Source: Hormiphora californensis
Lineage: Eukaryota > Animalia > Ctenophora
Direction of reading: 5' to 3'
Assembly: GCA_020137815.1 (NCBI GenBank)
Contig: CM035354.1
Span: 2,852,001 to 2,916,000, forward strand
Length of the DNA: 64,000 nucleotides
A program made the position numbers and the translations under genes. Every line of letters starts with the position of its first letter. Position 1 is the first letter of the stretch. Below, piece by piece: positions 23,101 to 37,000 of the stretch. A model generated the notes under the pieces. It made no database searches and was not told the origin of the DNA. It saw only the letters and a list, made by a program, of their open reading frames with translations.

Positions 23101-25020
23101 CGTCATGACAACAACACTCTGTCGTCATGGCACCAACAGAATTTTGTATTACCCGCTGAGAGCAGCACCAACAACTTGTCCCACATAGAAGAACTTGTTG
23201 ATTTTCAGGCTGATCCAGGCTCTATCACAGTAGAGGTCCCAATCAGTGGTGAAGTAGGCATCCTCCTGAACAGTCCATTGGAAATCTATACCCGCTTCTA
23301 GGTGGTAACTACACAGCCGATCCTTGTTAAACACTGATCCTACAGTAATTGGAGGGGGGTGGTGGGTTAATTTTTAGAAGAAATAGTAGATCTATACTTG
23401 ATGCTTCTGTCGTCTCTACAGAATGTTAAATAGCAATTATATGTACCTGTAAAATTTTCTAGATGTGCAGAACGAGAGTCTGCTCCTCCTGCTGCTGCAG
23501 TGGCCTCAAGGCACTTGTCACCAGTGATGTTACCACGGTTACTACGCATGTTACCATGGTTACTACTCATGTTACCATGGTTACTACTCATGTTACCATG
23601 GTTACTACATGTCCACTGTGAATATGGAATATGTCCAGCAAGCGTCTGGAAACTCGTTTGGGCAGCGGCACACTGAAAGAAAGGGTTTGGATAAAATGAA
23701 TTATTTGAATAAATTCAAATCATACTAATATAAACTAAAATGCTATGTCCAACGTGGTCCTCAACGTGTGGTGAAAGAATAAGGAACAATTATGAAAAAT
23801 ATGAAAAATATGAAAAACATGAAAAGCTAAAGCTGTAATTTGGAGTACTATATCTAGCTTTCATTGTTGGACCCTAATTTTTCTAGAACATAATAACAAA
23901 TGTCTTGCTTGGTCATAGCACTGATTAGTTCTTCTGTGGAAGTTAGGGTAAGCTGGGGTAAAATGGCCCATTTTTTAACGTTTTAGGTTCTAAAATACGC
24001 AATTTATACAGCAGGAAGAAAAAAATTATATAGGCTATCCAATGAAACCTTTTCCTTTCAGCCGAGCTAAATTTTAAAATCTACAAGTTTTATTTAATGG
24101 GTTAATTAATCAATTCAAATAATTTGGTGAGGCGTTTTTTGGAAAATTTGCACCGGGGCAAAGTGGCCCAAGCCAATAGCATTGCTCGATTTTATCACGT
24201 GCCTGGTGTTGTTAGACGAAACGATCAAACTAGGGGCAAAGTGGCCCATGTTCTGCACCGGAACATGGGCCACTTTGCCCCTAATTTGATCGTCTGTACT
24301 ACATTTTTGTGCATTCCAATGTCACGTGGTATTGCAGGCGCCATTTCATTGGTCCTAGAGGTGGGCCACTTTGCCCCAGACCGGACCACTTTGCCCCGGA
24401 GAGTGGGCCATATTTGCCCCGATTTCACAAAATTGACAATTAAGACAACAAAAATGCCAATTTCTTCAAAAATTTTTATACCACGTTTTAGAGAATTATA
24501 AAGCCTAACTGGCAGTTTTTGCAAAATTAAAATCGGCCAACCCAAACAGAAATGACAGCAGTTTTAAAGCGAAAATTCGGAACAGAACGAGCAGGTCTCC
24601 GCTGGAGAAAAAGTCACGTGACCACATGTAATAACTAGGGCCACTTTGCCCCATACATGGGCCACTTTACCCCACGGGCCATTTTACCCCAGCTTACCCT
24701 AATCTCCTGGCGTGTATCAAAACTAATTTTCATTTTGACGATCATGCTGTTGTTTACTGTGAACCAAAAAACAAACTCCAGCTGCCCTGATAGGTCCTGA
24801 ATGACATTATCCCCATATTCAACTAGTCAACCACTCATTTATTGGTCACCCATAACTGACTACTTATGATTTAAAGACCTGGGTACTTTTTGTAAGTTGG
24901 TATACGTACAGAAGAAATTAATATAATTCCGAAAAGGAAGACTCCGGCTTTGGTCCATTGTTTTAAACTTGTAAAACAAGTCCTCCACCGGCCGTCACCA
25001 GGTGTTAGAAACACCAGCAT
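17200..25020 (-). CDS. SLC22/organic ion transporter-like MFS protein, multi-exon (3' end approximate)
   Basis: Exons include 25020-24910 (TM1 AGVFLFGIILISS), 23672-23447, 23339-23153 (FTTDWDLYCDRAW..FFYVGQVVGAALSG), 22271-22144 (FDYFGRR..FRFIQG), 20014-19864 (IYLLEITP), 19332-19232 (GPDSPHFL), ~18461-18336 (WFTISSLYYG) and ~17830-17648 (YIFTFELIPTTHRG..ARIGS). Confidence 0.85.
18670..18830. mobile_element. MITE with ccccgatttag subterminal repeats (family C)
   Basis: Ends ...ctaaatcgggatccgactgta. A related element at ~25047-25330 has a family B copy nested inside. Confidence 0.6.
19343..19856. repeat. (GTTT)n microsatellite filling almost a whole SLC22 intron
   Basis: Seen directly. Lies between the donor at 19863 and the acceptor at 19333. 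Confidence 0.97.
20565..22192 (-). repeat. 68-bp tandem array (~24 copies) of the SLC22 exon 3' end plus splice donor
   Basis: Minus-strand unit ccttctccccttcacccctatacctcatctccttccggttcattcaag|gtgagtttcccaaattcccg. The exonic part encodes FSPSPLYLISFRFIQ of exon 22271-22144. Confidence 0.95.
22306..23135. repeat. 22-bp minisatellite (~37 copies) filling an SLC22 intron
   Basis: Unit tgtcgtcatgacaacaacattc with a palindromic core gtcatgac. Confidence 0.95.
23944..24702. mobile_element. MITE with 26-bp TIR flanked by TA, in SLC22 intron 1
   Basis: tagggtaagctggggtaaaatggccc ... gggccattttaccccagcttacccta. Internal ggggcaaagtggccca repeats in both orientations. Confidence 0.85.
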
Positions 25021-25046
25021 GAGCTATTATTAGTTTTGGTGTAGTA

Positions 25047-25330
25047 CTGCAGTTGGACCCCGATTTACAGTGCTGCTTGCAGTCAAAATACGGTAACGCA
25101 AAATACAGTAAGGAGACGCGCACGGTGCATAACGCGCGACAAAAAGTTCATGTGTCAGCACGTACTAGCGCCCTGATTGGTCACGGTTGCGCGTCGTCTT
25201 ACTGTATCTTCGTTTTCCATTACCGTTTTCCCACTACAAGCGACCGTGTTACCGGGAGAATAAACTTCTCCCGGGGGAAAAACCGGCCTTTCCCCCGAGC
25301 ATCCCGGTAAATTGGGGTCCGGATGTTGTA
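25047..25330. mobile_element. Family C MITE with a nested family B repeat, just upstream of the SLC22 start
   Basis: cagttggaccccgattta-[family B reverse copy ~25068-25250]-ccggtaaattggggtccggatg. Confidence 0.6.
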
Positions 25331-25937
25331 GTAATACATATCACTTGAAATATACATATGACCAAACGGATGTCTCATGAAACATTGAGCAAGAAGAAGA
25401 CTACATTCTTTTCTCACCAAACAGCTGTGGAAAGACAGAATGATCTCTGTAATCGATAGACAATGAATTATTTGCACGTGATGATGTTGCAGTCTGAATT
25501 GTGAGTGAAAAGAGTTAGGAAGAGTTATGTGAATTATAATGTGCTACTATAATATATATATAATAATAATATATATAATAATATATATAATAGCCTATGA
25601 ATAAATTGCCATTTTCCATCCTACATCCAACACCGTTCAAACCTCAAGGAGCAGCTAACGGAAATGAATTTGAGACGGTGACTGAAACCTTGTTGTTTAG
25701 TTTTAGTGACTAACCAAGTTAAGTTAGTAAAACCTGAGAATACTGGCTTTATCCCAAAGGAATTATCACCTCATGTCTTTTCATTGAAAGGTCCATGGTG
25801 CGTTCAAAAATGCGCATATTTTAATTAAACAGGAACATATTCGTATAATAAACCATTATGACGTTTACCTACAAAATTGGCTAGCGGTTTTGGGTCCTCC
25901 TTTTTCTTCTGTGTGTTATGATGTTGTCAGTCAACAC

Positions 25938-26079
<142 letters not shown>

Positions 26080-26153
26080 CTCTCTTTCTCTCTCAGTTCA
26101 ACATAATTATTCTAACCACATGCACATACACCTTAACCGAAGAACGACAACGA

Positions 26154-26189
<36 letters not shown>

Positions 26190-26806
26190 TAGCCTATTTT
26201 CTCCAGAAAATTGGTCCTGAATCACCATTTAATTCTTTCGTTCCAATATTTTTGACGCGCTCTATGTTGTTATACAGGCCCAATATAACATACATTGGTT
26301 GTACCAGTCTAAGCTTGGGCTGGGGGCACCGTCCGTGGTGGATGAAGGTTGTTTTGAAAATCCCTTGTCCTGAATGTCTGATACAACTCCGGAAAACAGC
26401 CATCAGCTGCAAACCACCCATACTGCACATTGACCACTGATCAATATGTGAAACTGTACTGGTCTAGAATGGGTCCATGCTGACCCTCTTAATTAGAATT
26501 AATTAGTTATTGTCCAGGTCTAATATATGTGCGTCAAATTCTAAGAAATGTTCATTTGCATTATTTGTGGTCTCATCAAAAGCATCCTCTACTATAATTT
26601 TCAATTTTTGTACCCGATTTTTGTACTTGGTTTTGCAGTTGAGCAAGGATCAGCCCTTCGAATTTTTATTAGTCGTGCTCCCCTCTCCTCCTCGGCATAA
26701 AGCTGGCAGTTGGCCATGGTGAGCTTCCACCACATGGGAACCTCTCCAGTTTTCCGTATCCAACAGGAACTATCAGTATTTCTGATAATATCTCTAGTTT
26801 TCCTAT

Positions 26807-26914
26807 CAGAAACCGACCGAAACAAGTAAACGACCAATCAGAACTCGTTATTTAGGTCACGTGACTGGATATCAGCCAATCAGGCACCAGTATTTTCTGA
26901 TTCGGTCGGTTCCT
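26807..26914 (+). mobile_element. hAT-like MITE family A
   Basis: cagaaaccgaccga ... tcggtcggttcctg. Confidence 0.85.
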
Positions 26915-27636
26915 GATCTTTATAGTTTTCCTATCCGTACTCCAAAGGAAACTAATTTCTGATAATATTATGTCACTCACAGCTACCATACCGTCATTTT
27001 GTTTTTCAGTAACACCAAGTCAACACGTGAACAACACGTGTGGTGTTCCCCGGCTTGTTTTCTCTCACGGTTGAGAGAACGCTACCAACCAAATGTGTCA
27101 CCAAGCTGAAGCCAGCTTTAGCTCTCCCTCTCTTTCTTTCTCTCTCTCCCTCTCTCCCTTCATCGAAATAGACACACGAGTTTTTCACACACCACCATAC
27201 CCATATGACACCACCGGGAGCTGCCATGACTCTTGTTGTAGTGAGAGGGAGGTATACTAATTATGACACCCATTACTAAATTGAACTGCAAAAGAGAACG
27301 AGGGAAATTCCAGAAAGTTGGGATTTTCAACTCCGTTTTCTCTCTATCTCTCACAGGTAAACAGAGATCCTTGTTGACAACCCTTTGACAGCCGGACCCA
27401 CGTGTCATGTGGGGGAGAGAGCTAGGTTCATTATAGCTCTAAAATTGCAGCACGATATGTATAGTGGTGAAAAAATAATTTGATTTTAGGGACGTGCAAA
27501 TGGAAATCGGGGAGATACTGCAACGCGGAGCCATGGAGTGTCAGTAATAGGCAGATGACACATGTGCTGGGTCCACGATAATAGGTTGGGGGTACCAGGA
27601 ACAGCACGTGCTGAGGGTCGCATGCTGCGCGTGCCT

Positions 27637-27710
<74 letters not shown>

Positions 27711-27839
27711 TAGATTATAAGGTACGATAATGAACCATAAATTTGAGCCCAATTATATTCACTGAATGTTGTGATACAATAATTGCAAGTACTAAACATG
27801 ATTTTCACTCCTACTCAGTACCTAGAGCTCTCTCTCTCC

Positions 27840-27881
<42 letters not shown>

Positions 27882-28586
27882 CCTCCATCTCTCCCTCGCT
27901 ATTTCAACAGCTAGTTCCACCACATGTGACTCTATATAAACAGGTTCAGTTCCCGGATACCATAATTAACTACTAGCAGCTTCTAGCTAAGCAGTAAAGT
28001 GCGGTATTGTTGTCCTTAGAATGCAAAGTTCTGGGGAAGACTTCCTCGTTCTCGTTCCCAGTTGATTGATACCGATACTGGATACTATAGTCCTAGTCCG
28101 ATACTGGATAGAGATACGATTCTGTTTGTAATTCTATCTGCTACGCGGTAAAGATCAACCCCATAAGAGCTGGACCTGATCAGTACTTAGGGTTCGGTCA
28201 ACTTATTCTTTCCCCATTCTCCCTCTCCCTCTCTCTCCCTATCTATTTTTCATTCTCTCTTTCTCTCTCCCTCGCTGGCACCCATCTGACCGGGGATCAA
28301 ATGTAGACACTTCCTAGCCCCCCGAGTCTGTGACACGTTGACAAATGCACGGCCACTATGTAGCTATTGTAGCCAGACTATGGCTTTAGTTGACACCGCG
28401 GCCCGCCCTCCATATATACTATCGTTCTATTGCTCATCTACCCCTCTCTACACCCCAACCCCCCCCCCTCTCTCTCTCTCTCGGTCTCCCACCTACACAG
28501 GTTCTCTCTCTCTCTCTCTCTCTCATCTATCTCTCTCTCTCCTCTCTCTCTCTCGTCTTTCTCCTCTCTCTTCTCTCATCTCTCCG

Positions 28587-28625
<39 letters not shown>

Positions 28626-28667
28626 CTCATTTGTCTCTCTCTCTCTCTCCTCTCTCTCTCTCAGTCA

Positions 28668-28700
<33 letters not shown>

Positions 28701-28954
28701 CTCTCTCTCTCATCGCTCTTCTCTCTCTCTCTCTCCTCTCATCTCTCTCTCTCTCTCTCTCTTCTCATCTCAAATCTCTCTCCTCTCTTCCCCCTCTCTG
28801 GGAATTTATCGCCTCTCCCGTTAAATCGCTCGCAACAACGTCAAATCAAATAGACGGATAGCGATGGGCACATCGTCTGACACGGATAGTGATATTTTAC
28901 ATTTTGAAATATCTCCCTCTCTCTCTCTCTCTCTCTCTCGTCCTCTCCCCCCCC

Positions 28955-29016
<62 letters not shown>

Positions 29017-29593
29017 CCTATTTTGTCTCACTCTCACCAGCTCTTGTTGACATAGCGACAATTTTTCATGTGTTACAAAAAAGCTGGGACGGAATGGGAG
29101 ATCACTCAATTATTAGTATAAGTTACGCGACATAGCGTCCCCCTCCCAATCCCACTGATCATGTCCCATTTTACTCCACCCTTTTATCATCATGGCAGAA
29201 TCTATTGTATTTTAACCGGGCCTCTATTATATTGACCCATTGTGTCCTAATCAATCACTTTTTGTAATAACATCTGTAGTGGAGGAAGGTGTTGAATGGC
29301 CCTTTAAACTGCCCAATCAAGCCTCTATTTCTCAGGATCAGGGTCAAAGCAGGCTTGCTAGAAATTGAGAGAGAGATGAGATTGTAGCCGTAAATAGGGG
29401 CAGATAAATTGATATTATCTTGATATTCTTCTGAAAGACTCTTTGGAACAACGAAAGCTGTGCGATATATTTTTATATTGGAGTATATTTCCTTTGAGAT
29501 GTATCTGCCATCCCATCTTTAATAGATCCTTTATCATCCTATCAACTCTCTCTAGCCCTTTCTTTCTCTCTCCTCTCTCTCTCTCTACTCTCT

Positions 29594-29629
<36 letters not shown>

Positions 29630-29663
29630 CTCTCTCATCTCATTCGTCCTGCGTCGTCTCTCC

Positions 29664-29694
<31 letters not shown>

Positions 29695-30837
29695 TCTCTC
29701 TCCTCTCTCTCTCTCTCTCTCTCCTCTCTCCCTCTCACCCCACCATCTGATATCTAAGATTGACACAAAGTATTTTAACATCAGTCTGATAAACGATGGA
29801 TCCTGTCAAAACCTCGCATAGTTAGTTTCTTAAACGATAAATGCATAAATCGTTTAAGAACCAATAAACCTTGAGTGCATTCATTTTAATTCCACTAACT
29901 ATGATTTTTTACTTTGGACGTTGCCATTGTCACCATCATCGTGGTAGGACGATGGAATAAGGGTCAGCAAACACCTACGGCAAAATTTTAATTTTAAACC
30001 CAGACACACCAGCGTCTGTCAAAAAATCTCCCACAGTCACCATCTCACGCGCCATTTTGACACTGTTAAAATGTCGCGTTGGATGACAAAATCTCGCGTT
30101 GGATGACAAAATGGTGCGCGAGATTGTGAGTTGTGACTGTGAGAATAGGGGGGGGGGGATTTTAAAGTGAGAGGTGCGCAAAAACGAAATTTGAAATAAT
30201 GTCTAAACTAATTAGAAGCATGGGACCTTCACCAACTTGTTTCTTTTGATCCAAGGAACACTTTAGTGAAGGTCCCATGCTGCAGTCTCTCCAACCAACC
30301 AACTGCAACAGTGCAACGTGTCATCTAATTAAATTCACGAACAGTTCCGACCGTATCTCATAACGACTTTTTAGTCGCGATCATAGTCTTTATAGGGTCC
30401 TCCAACTTGACTTGTTCAACCCTGTTCCCCGCGCCCCGCGGGAGGGTTAGAACATCCTCCAAGTTGGAGTCCAACCCTGTACTCGAAGAAGAAGAATGCA
30501 CACGTCACCAAACTTTCAGTATTTAATAGTTTCAATAGTTTTACGTCATGCAACAACAATTTTTGTACAATCACTAGTTATTCTTGTTGTACAATCACTA
30601 TCTCTCTCGAACCACTTGAACTCACTGAGAACTTGCTCAGTTAAATATATTTGTTATGTGGTTATGCATTGTGAAGCATCACGCTTGGAAAAAAATTGGG
30701 AGATAGAAAGAGAGAGAGAGGGAGAGAGAAGGATAGAAAAAGAGAGGGAGGGAGAGAGGGAGAGGGATAGAAAAAAAGAGAGGGAGAGAGAGAGAGGGAT
30801 AGAGAAAGGGAGAGAGAGAGAGAGAGGGATAGAGAAT

Positions 30838-30886
<49 letters not shown>

Positions 30887-32759
30887 GAGAGAGATTGTGA
30901 TAGAAAAAGAGAGAGATTAAAAAGTTGGCCTGGTTAAGTGACCTTGGCGCTATCCTGTTAACTCATTTCTTTCCCAACTTTAAGCAGCAGTTCTGTCAAC
31001 TACTGCTACAACTCTCACTTTTCTCTCAAACTTCAACCAGATCTTCATTTAATTCATGTGAGTTGTTGAACTGCTCAACCCTCAAAATGCGGTGCCAAAC
31101 ACGGCTCCAAAATGATTCCAAAATCTATTTAATATTCCCAAATGTTCCCAAATGTTTCTATTCAATATTCCCAAATGTTTCTATTCAATGTTCCCAAATG
31201 TTCCCCAAATGTTCCCCAATGTTTCTATTCAATGGTCCCAAATATTGCTGATATCGTGTACTTTTACCAACAATTAAGCACTTCTGTACCAGCAGCTCTC
31301 CAAAAGCTACTGGAGCTGGATTCCAACTGTAGCGATGTGTACCACGTGACTATCACCATAGATGTCACGTGACCCCGCTCTCTTTCTCTCTCTCTGTTAC
31401 CCCATTGTATGTATCTCTCCCCCTTACCTGCCCTCTCTCTCTCTGTTTCCACACTCTATCTCTCCCTCCTGCTCTCCCTTTCTCTCTCCTTCTCTCTGCC
31501 CCCTCCCTCCCCCTAGTACTCTGCCGCGCGTTACAGGGCACGCTCCATAAATTTACATGTGTGTCGTGTGTCGAATATATCAGACAAGATCAGTTGCTGT
31601 TTTCATATGTTTCATAATATTTTGTCCTGTCGTATTGATCGTTTTATCTTTTCCTACCACCCTGTTTCTAGGCGCCTTGGATTATAACACACATCATTAG
31701 TCGCATTGAATGTGAAATGAGAGAGAGAGAGAGCAATGAGTTAAAAATGATGGAACAAGGTCTAGATAGTTCTCTCCACGGCTGGGAGTATAACGACTGC
31801 TGTCGAAGCTAAAATCCTGTCAATCTCTCGACCGCTGGTTATATGCTTTATCTAGCTTGCTTGCCTTGCTGTAGCTCCCCTCCTCTCTCACTCTCCTAGT
31901 GTCCTCTATCTATTTCAGTATTCCGTCTAGACGTTTTCAAAATTAACCAACGTCGTTTATTAAGTTGGTATGCCCCCGCGTTAGAGAATTGACCGCGACT
32001 CATTTTGAATGGGCTCTCTTTTTTTTTATTCCTGCTATATTTAGTAATCATTTTATCTTCTTGTCCGTCTTTTGATTTGGTAACTTGATGTTGTTCAACC
32101 ATCTCAACTCGATGCTGTTGAGTCGACTCAATCTGTCGACGAACCTATCTGTCGGCGCCGTACTTGTGTAGCTCACACCGTTCTCACGTGTTATAGTAGC
32201 TCACACTCGTGAGGGTTGGGTTGGGGGAACGACGTACAGGTTCGAAGAAACGTGGCCATCGGAAAATCTGCAAGCACATCATGATCACGCGGAAAAATGT
32301 TGGCCGCTCTCGTACAGCTTTTTCCATATTATATTGAACTCTAGTAGTATATATGTGGAACTACGGTCTACCAATAATACACTGCTAAAACATGTTGACG
32401 GCCACTCCAGCATATCTCGAGATCCTAGCTGCACCATGGATCTATACCATCAATATAGCATGCATGCTGCACCAGGCACCTCCAATATAACACGAGCTGC
32501 ACAGTGCACCTCCAATATAACACGAGCCATGTACCACCACATAATCTGCAGTGCTATCATGGTATTATAGTCCGCAGTGGTCTAGTTTCAGCCAGGAAGT
32601 CCTCTGTGGCAAAGATTTTCCACCACCGATGTCCATTGTCTTCCTATCATAAATTTGGCGTTAACTGCAGTGTACGTGAATAAAGAGGGCCACGGAGCCG
32701 GCCAATGCCGCCGAATATATCTCCACGTCTGGAAACGGGAACCGCTATGTAGTGGACAG

Positions 32760-32851
<92 letters not shown>

Positions 32852-33504
32852 AATTGTGCGCCCTATATGATATAGTACTACGCTCAATATTATATTGACG
32901 CGGTGTTCTCTTTGACTCACAGTGGTCAGCTTACCTATCTCTATACCTACAGTTGTAATCTAGTTCTCTTCCAAAATGTTCCGAAATCTCTCTCCCCAAC
33001 TATCAATATCATGATCTATATACCGTATCGGCATCTTTGCCTATCTATCGTGAGGCTGCTGCAATTTCTCTTTGATTCTACTTACTTGGTTTTTCACTCT
33101 TGGTACCTGCAGCACACACTTGCTGCATATATTGAAGCTCTTTGTACACATTTGGCCTATTTTGTGCTATTGGTCTTGCACCCAACACGTACGACATATA
33201 CCGGTCATTTCTTGTATGGTCGTGGTACTGCTGCTGCGTTACTATATCATTCTGTCTTATAATACTTTTGATACTATGTCTTATACTTTTGATACTTATT
33301 TGTAATCTTTAGAATGCTGCTTTGGAATCTGCATTCCGGTGCTTGCATACCGATCAGAGGTTAACATGTGCTGTTTGGTATTTGGTGAGCCATTTTTCAT
33401 CCAGTTGCTGTTAGGTTGCATATTTGAATTTTGATTGGAAAATCTAGAATGTGGCAGAATGGGAAAGTAAAATCAGTGAGAGAGAAGAGAGAGAGAGAGA
33501 GAGA

Positions 33505-33576
<72 letters not shown>

Positions 33577-34011
33577 GTGTCCGCGGTGATTGATCAGAAT
33601 ATCGACCACAAACTGATAACTCCCGCGGGCCATCAGCCAATATCCTAAACAGCTACTCAAGATTAAAAAGAATAAACCGGGAAGAAAATTAGAATTTTAG
33701 GAATGCTCATCACTATCTCGAGATCAGAATGATCAGCCCACTTGCCCTGACATGATAATTCTCCCGCCAATATCCCGCCGCGTTCTAATCTCATATCGCA
33801 ACGTGTTAATCAATATCTAGACAGAACTTATCGGAAGGTCATATTTCGTGATCACGAACAGCCTGCACGTACATGTATCTGATATCTTTCTTTTTTCGCT
33901 TTTTCTTTGCCACACACATATTTCTCCATTTTGTCTCGGTCCCACCATGATCTGTGCGTTGTTGAGTTCGAAGCTGTGAGGCCGCGTGAGATTAGTGTCT
34001 CATTCTCTCGC

Positions 34012-34051
<40 letters not shown>

Positions 34052-34053
34052 TC

Positions 34054-34099
<46 letters not shown>

Positions 34100-37000
34100 T
34101 CTCTCTCTCGTCTCTCTCCTCGTCTCTCTCAAGTCTCTCTGCTACTCCTCCGTCTCTCTCTCTCTCTCTCCTAAGTATCTCCACATTGTCCCACATTGGC
34201 TACAATATTATTTCTATCGCTCCATGGCCTTGTGTCCCGCCGTACAATTCCCACCCCCGATTTAAATTGTTTTTTTGTGTTCCACAGTATTTTATTATTG
34301 ATCCGGCAATAAAAACAAACCACTTGTTTCTATTGTGACGGCCCTCTCTAGATTCCCCTTTTGATGGGCCCAACTCTAGTTTCCCACATTTTCCAAAACT
34401 GCACGTTTTCCCTATATTGGCCCTAGAGCCTTTAGTGTCATCAAAACGTGAGTGATGCATCTTTTTAAAGGCAATTGTGAATTCCCCTCCTTTTAGGGGC
34501 ACGAAGGGAGAGAGGGGGGGGGGAAAGAGTACTATTTTCAAGCGTCCTCCGTCTGTTATAGTTTACGGTTCTCAAGTGAGTCTTTATCTGTCATAATTAC
34601 CACAAGTTGGGGGACAGCTGTTATCCTTTTGCTCTTTCTTTTCCCCTCTCTTCTCTCCCCCTTCTCCGCTTCTTCTTCCCCCTATCCTTCTCCCCTCCCC
34701 TTTCTCTCTCATTCCCTTTTTTCCAGAGTTTCCTAGGGACATATAATGGGGTTTTGATCGATCATGTTCGTTAGAACCCCATGGGTTTTGATAATTTGGG
34801 CCACCAACCCCGGGAAAAAAAAAAACCCCGGGGTTTTGTGGTTTTGTGCACCATTTCCTGGCTGCCCCGTAGTTAAAAAAACTCTTGGGGAAACATTTCA
34901 TCCGGGGGGATCAAGTTTTGTCTGATTTTTAATTTTAATAAAACAGGGGGGCGGCATAATGTAGGTTTTCCCCGTGTTTTTGGGGGCTTTTATTTTTTTG
35001 GGGGGCTTTTAAAAAGTTTTTTTTTTGAATTTTAGAGTTTGGGGGGGGAAAAGGGGGAAAAAGGGGGGGGAGAAGGAAAATTTTTTTTCCCCTTCCTGTT
35101 GCAAAAATTTTAGATTAGAGGGCCTTTTTCCCGTTTGAAAGTTTCTTTCTTGGGTTTCCCCGAAAGGGGGGCCTTTAAAGCTTTGGGGGTCTTATCTCCC
35201 CCCCTTACCCTTTTTCCCCCCCCTTTTAATTTTTTTTTTTTTTTAAACCCCTTTAATTTTCAACTTCCCCGAAGACCTTTTTTTCCGGCCCCCGGGCCCT
35301 GACCCCCAAAAACCCCGGGGGGGGGGGGTTTTCCCTGTTGATGGCCTACGGCCCCCCCGGGGTTTTTTTTGGAGGAGGAGAGGGGGAGAAGAGAAGAGGA
35401 AGAGAGGGGAAAAAGGAGGGGGGAAGAGAAGAAAAAGGAAAGAAAAAGGAGGAGAGAAAGGGGGGGAAGGGAAAAACCCCGGGGGACGGGGTCTTCCCCT
35501 TTTATATCGGGGGGGGTTTTTAAAAGCTTAATCACCAATCCTCCCATAAAAACTTCTTTTTCCCCCCTTTTTTTTTAACCCTCTGGGTACCCCTTTTGCA
35601 AGCGACTTTTTTTTTCCTTCCCCTTCCTACCCCCCCCTTTTTTTCTTTCCCTTTTCGTAGGGGTCTTTTTTTTTCGGCCTTTTTGAAGGGGTTGGGTTTT
35701 TGTAGGAACTTGAACCTGAACGCCCCCCACCTTTTTTGGGGGGTTTTAACTTTTAGGCCCCCTCCCCCCTCATCCCTTTTTTTTTGTTTTTTTTCTATTC
35801 TTCCCTTCCCCCCCCCCTCGCCTCTTTTTTTTTTTTTTTTTTTCCCCACTTTTTTTCCTCTCTCTCTCTCTTCCTCCCCCTTTTCCCTCCCCTCCCCCTT
35901 CCTACCCTCCCCTTCACTAACTCCCTCCCCCCCGGACAGATCTCCAGGGCATACATTTTTAGCCCGTCTTCGCATAAAAATTTCAACTAACCATCATCAT
36001 CTATCTTTTCCACCCTATTTTCCTAGGGGTTTTTTTTAAAAAATGAATTTTTTAACCCCGCCAATCCCCTCCCCCCCCTCTCTCAGTCACGTCAAGTCTG
36101 AACTACCCCAATTTGTCGGTCTTTTCCATGTCGTCGTCTGTAGGAAAGGACTTCAGTTGACTATAGTGGTTAATTGAGATTTTAACCATTTGCACCGCGA
36201 CATCCGTCCTTTTTACCGTAGCCTGACTAATCACTGAGAGGGAAAGGGGGAAAAGAGTGAGAGAGAAAAATATGTCACTTCTTTAAAGCACTTTTCCCCA
36301 ATTTAACTTTTTTCCGTGGCCCCCTATTCCTCTCCTAGTTTTATCCTGCCCCCTACTCGTGGCATGCTAACCTGTGCTATCTCAATATACTCTATAAAGC
36401 ACAAGTTTTCAAGTTCAGATGATCACGAATTATTGTTAGTGTGATCTTCTAGCTCTCTCTCTCTCACGAAGGAGTCAAGATTTATTGCTGATCACCATGC
36501 CCTCTTTTCAAGAAGCACTCGATCAGTTCAACTGCTTACAAATTGTTATATCTAAAGATCCATTCTCTTCCCTTCTCTCCCCCTTTCCTCTCTCTCTCTT
36601 CCCCCTCCCCTCTCTTTTTCCCTCTCTCTCTCTCTCTCTCTCTTTTTTTTCTCTCTCTTTTCTTCTTCTTCCTCTCTCCCCTCTTCTCCCCTCCCCGGTT
36701 GGCTGTGCAATAAGTGGATATTGATCTAAAACACAAAAAATAAACTGTGATAGCGAGAGTTGAATAAAAACGAAAAATCGGGGGGGTTAAAGAATGAGTG
36801 TTGGGGGTGTTTTTTTGCTACCATTTTGAATTTTTCCCAAAAAAAATTTTTTTGTAATAAGGAGTGGTTTTGGTTTTTAAGAAAGGTTTTTTAAATTCCA
36901 AATCCCTTCCTCTCCCCCTCTCTCTCTCTCCCCTCTTACTCTCTCTCCCCTCTTTCTCTTACCCTAACTAGGAGTCCTCGTGTCTTAATTGACACAGCTG

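Noticed and set aside
24690-24746. Alternative SLC22 first exon MIVKMKISFDTRQEIR using a donor (AGG|gtaagc) supplied by the MITE TIR
   Set aside because: It is in phase but lacks TM1. Exon 25020-24910 supplies a proper hydrophobic TM1 and is preferred.
26200-33400. Possible exons in the gene-poor middle region
   Set aside because: No recognisable domains or phase-consistent exon chain found by eye.
34300-36100. Homopolymer-rich low-complexity segment with K/G/F/P-rich ORFs
   Set aside because: It looks like error-prone long-read consensus over GA repeats. No biological call is supportable.
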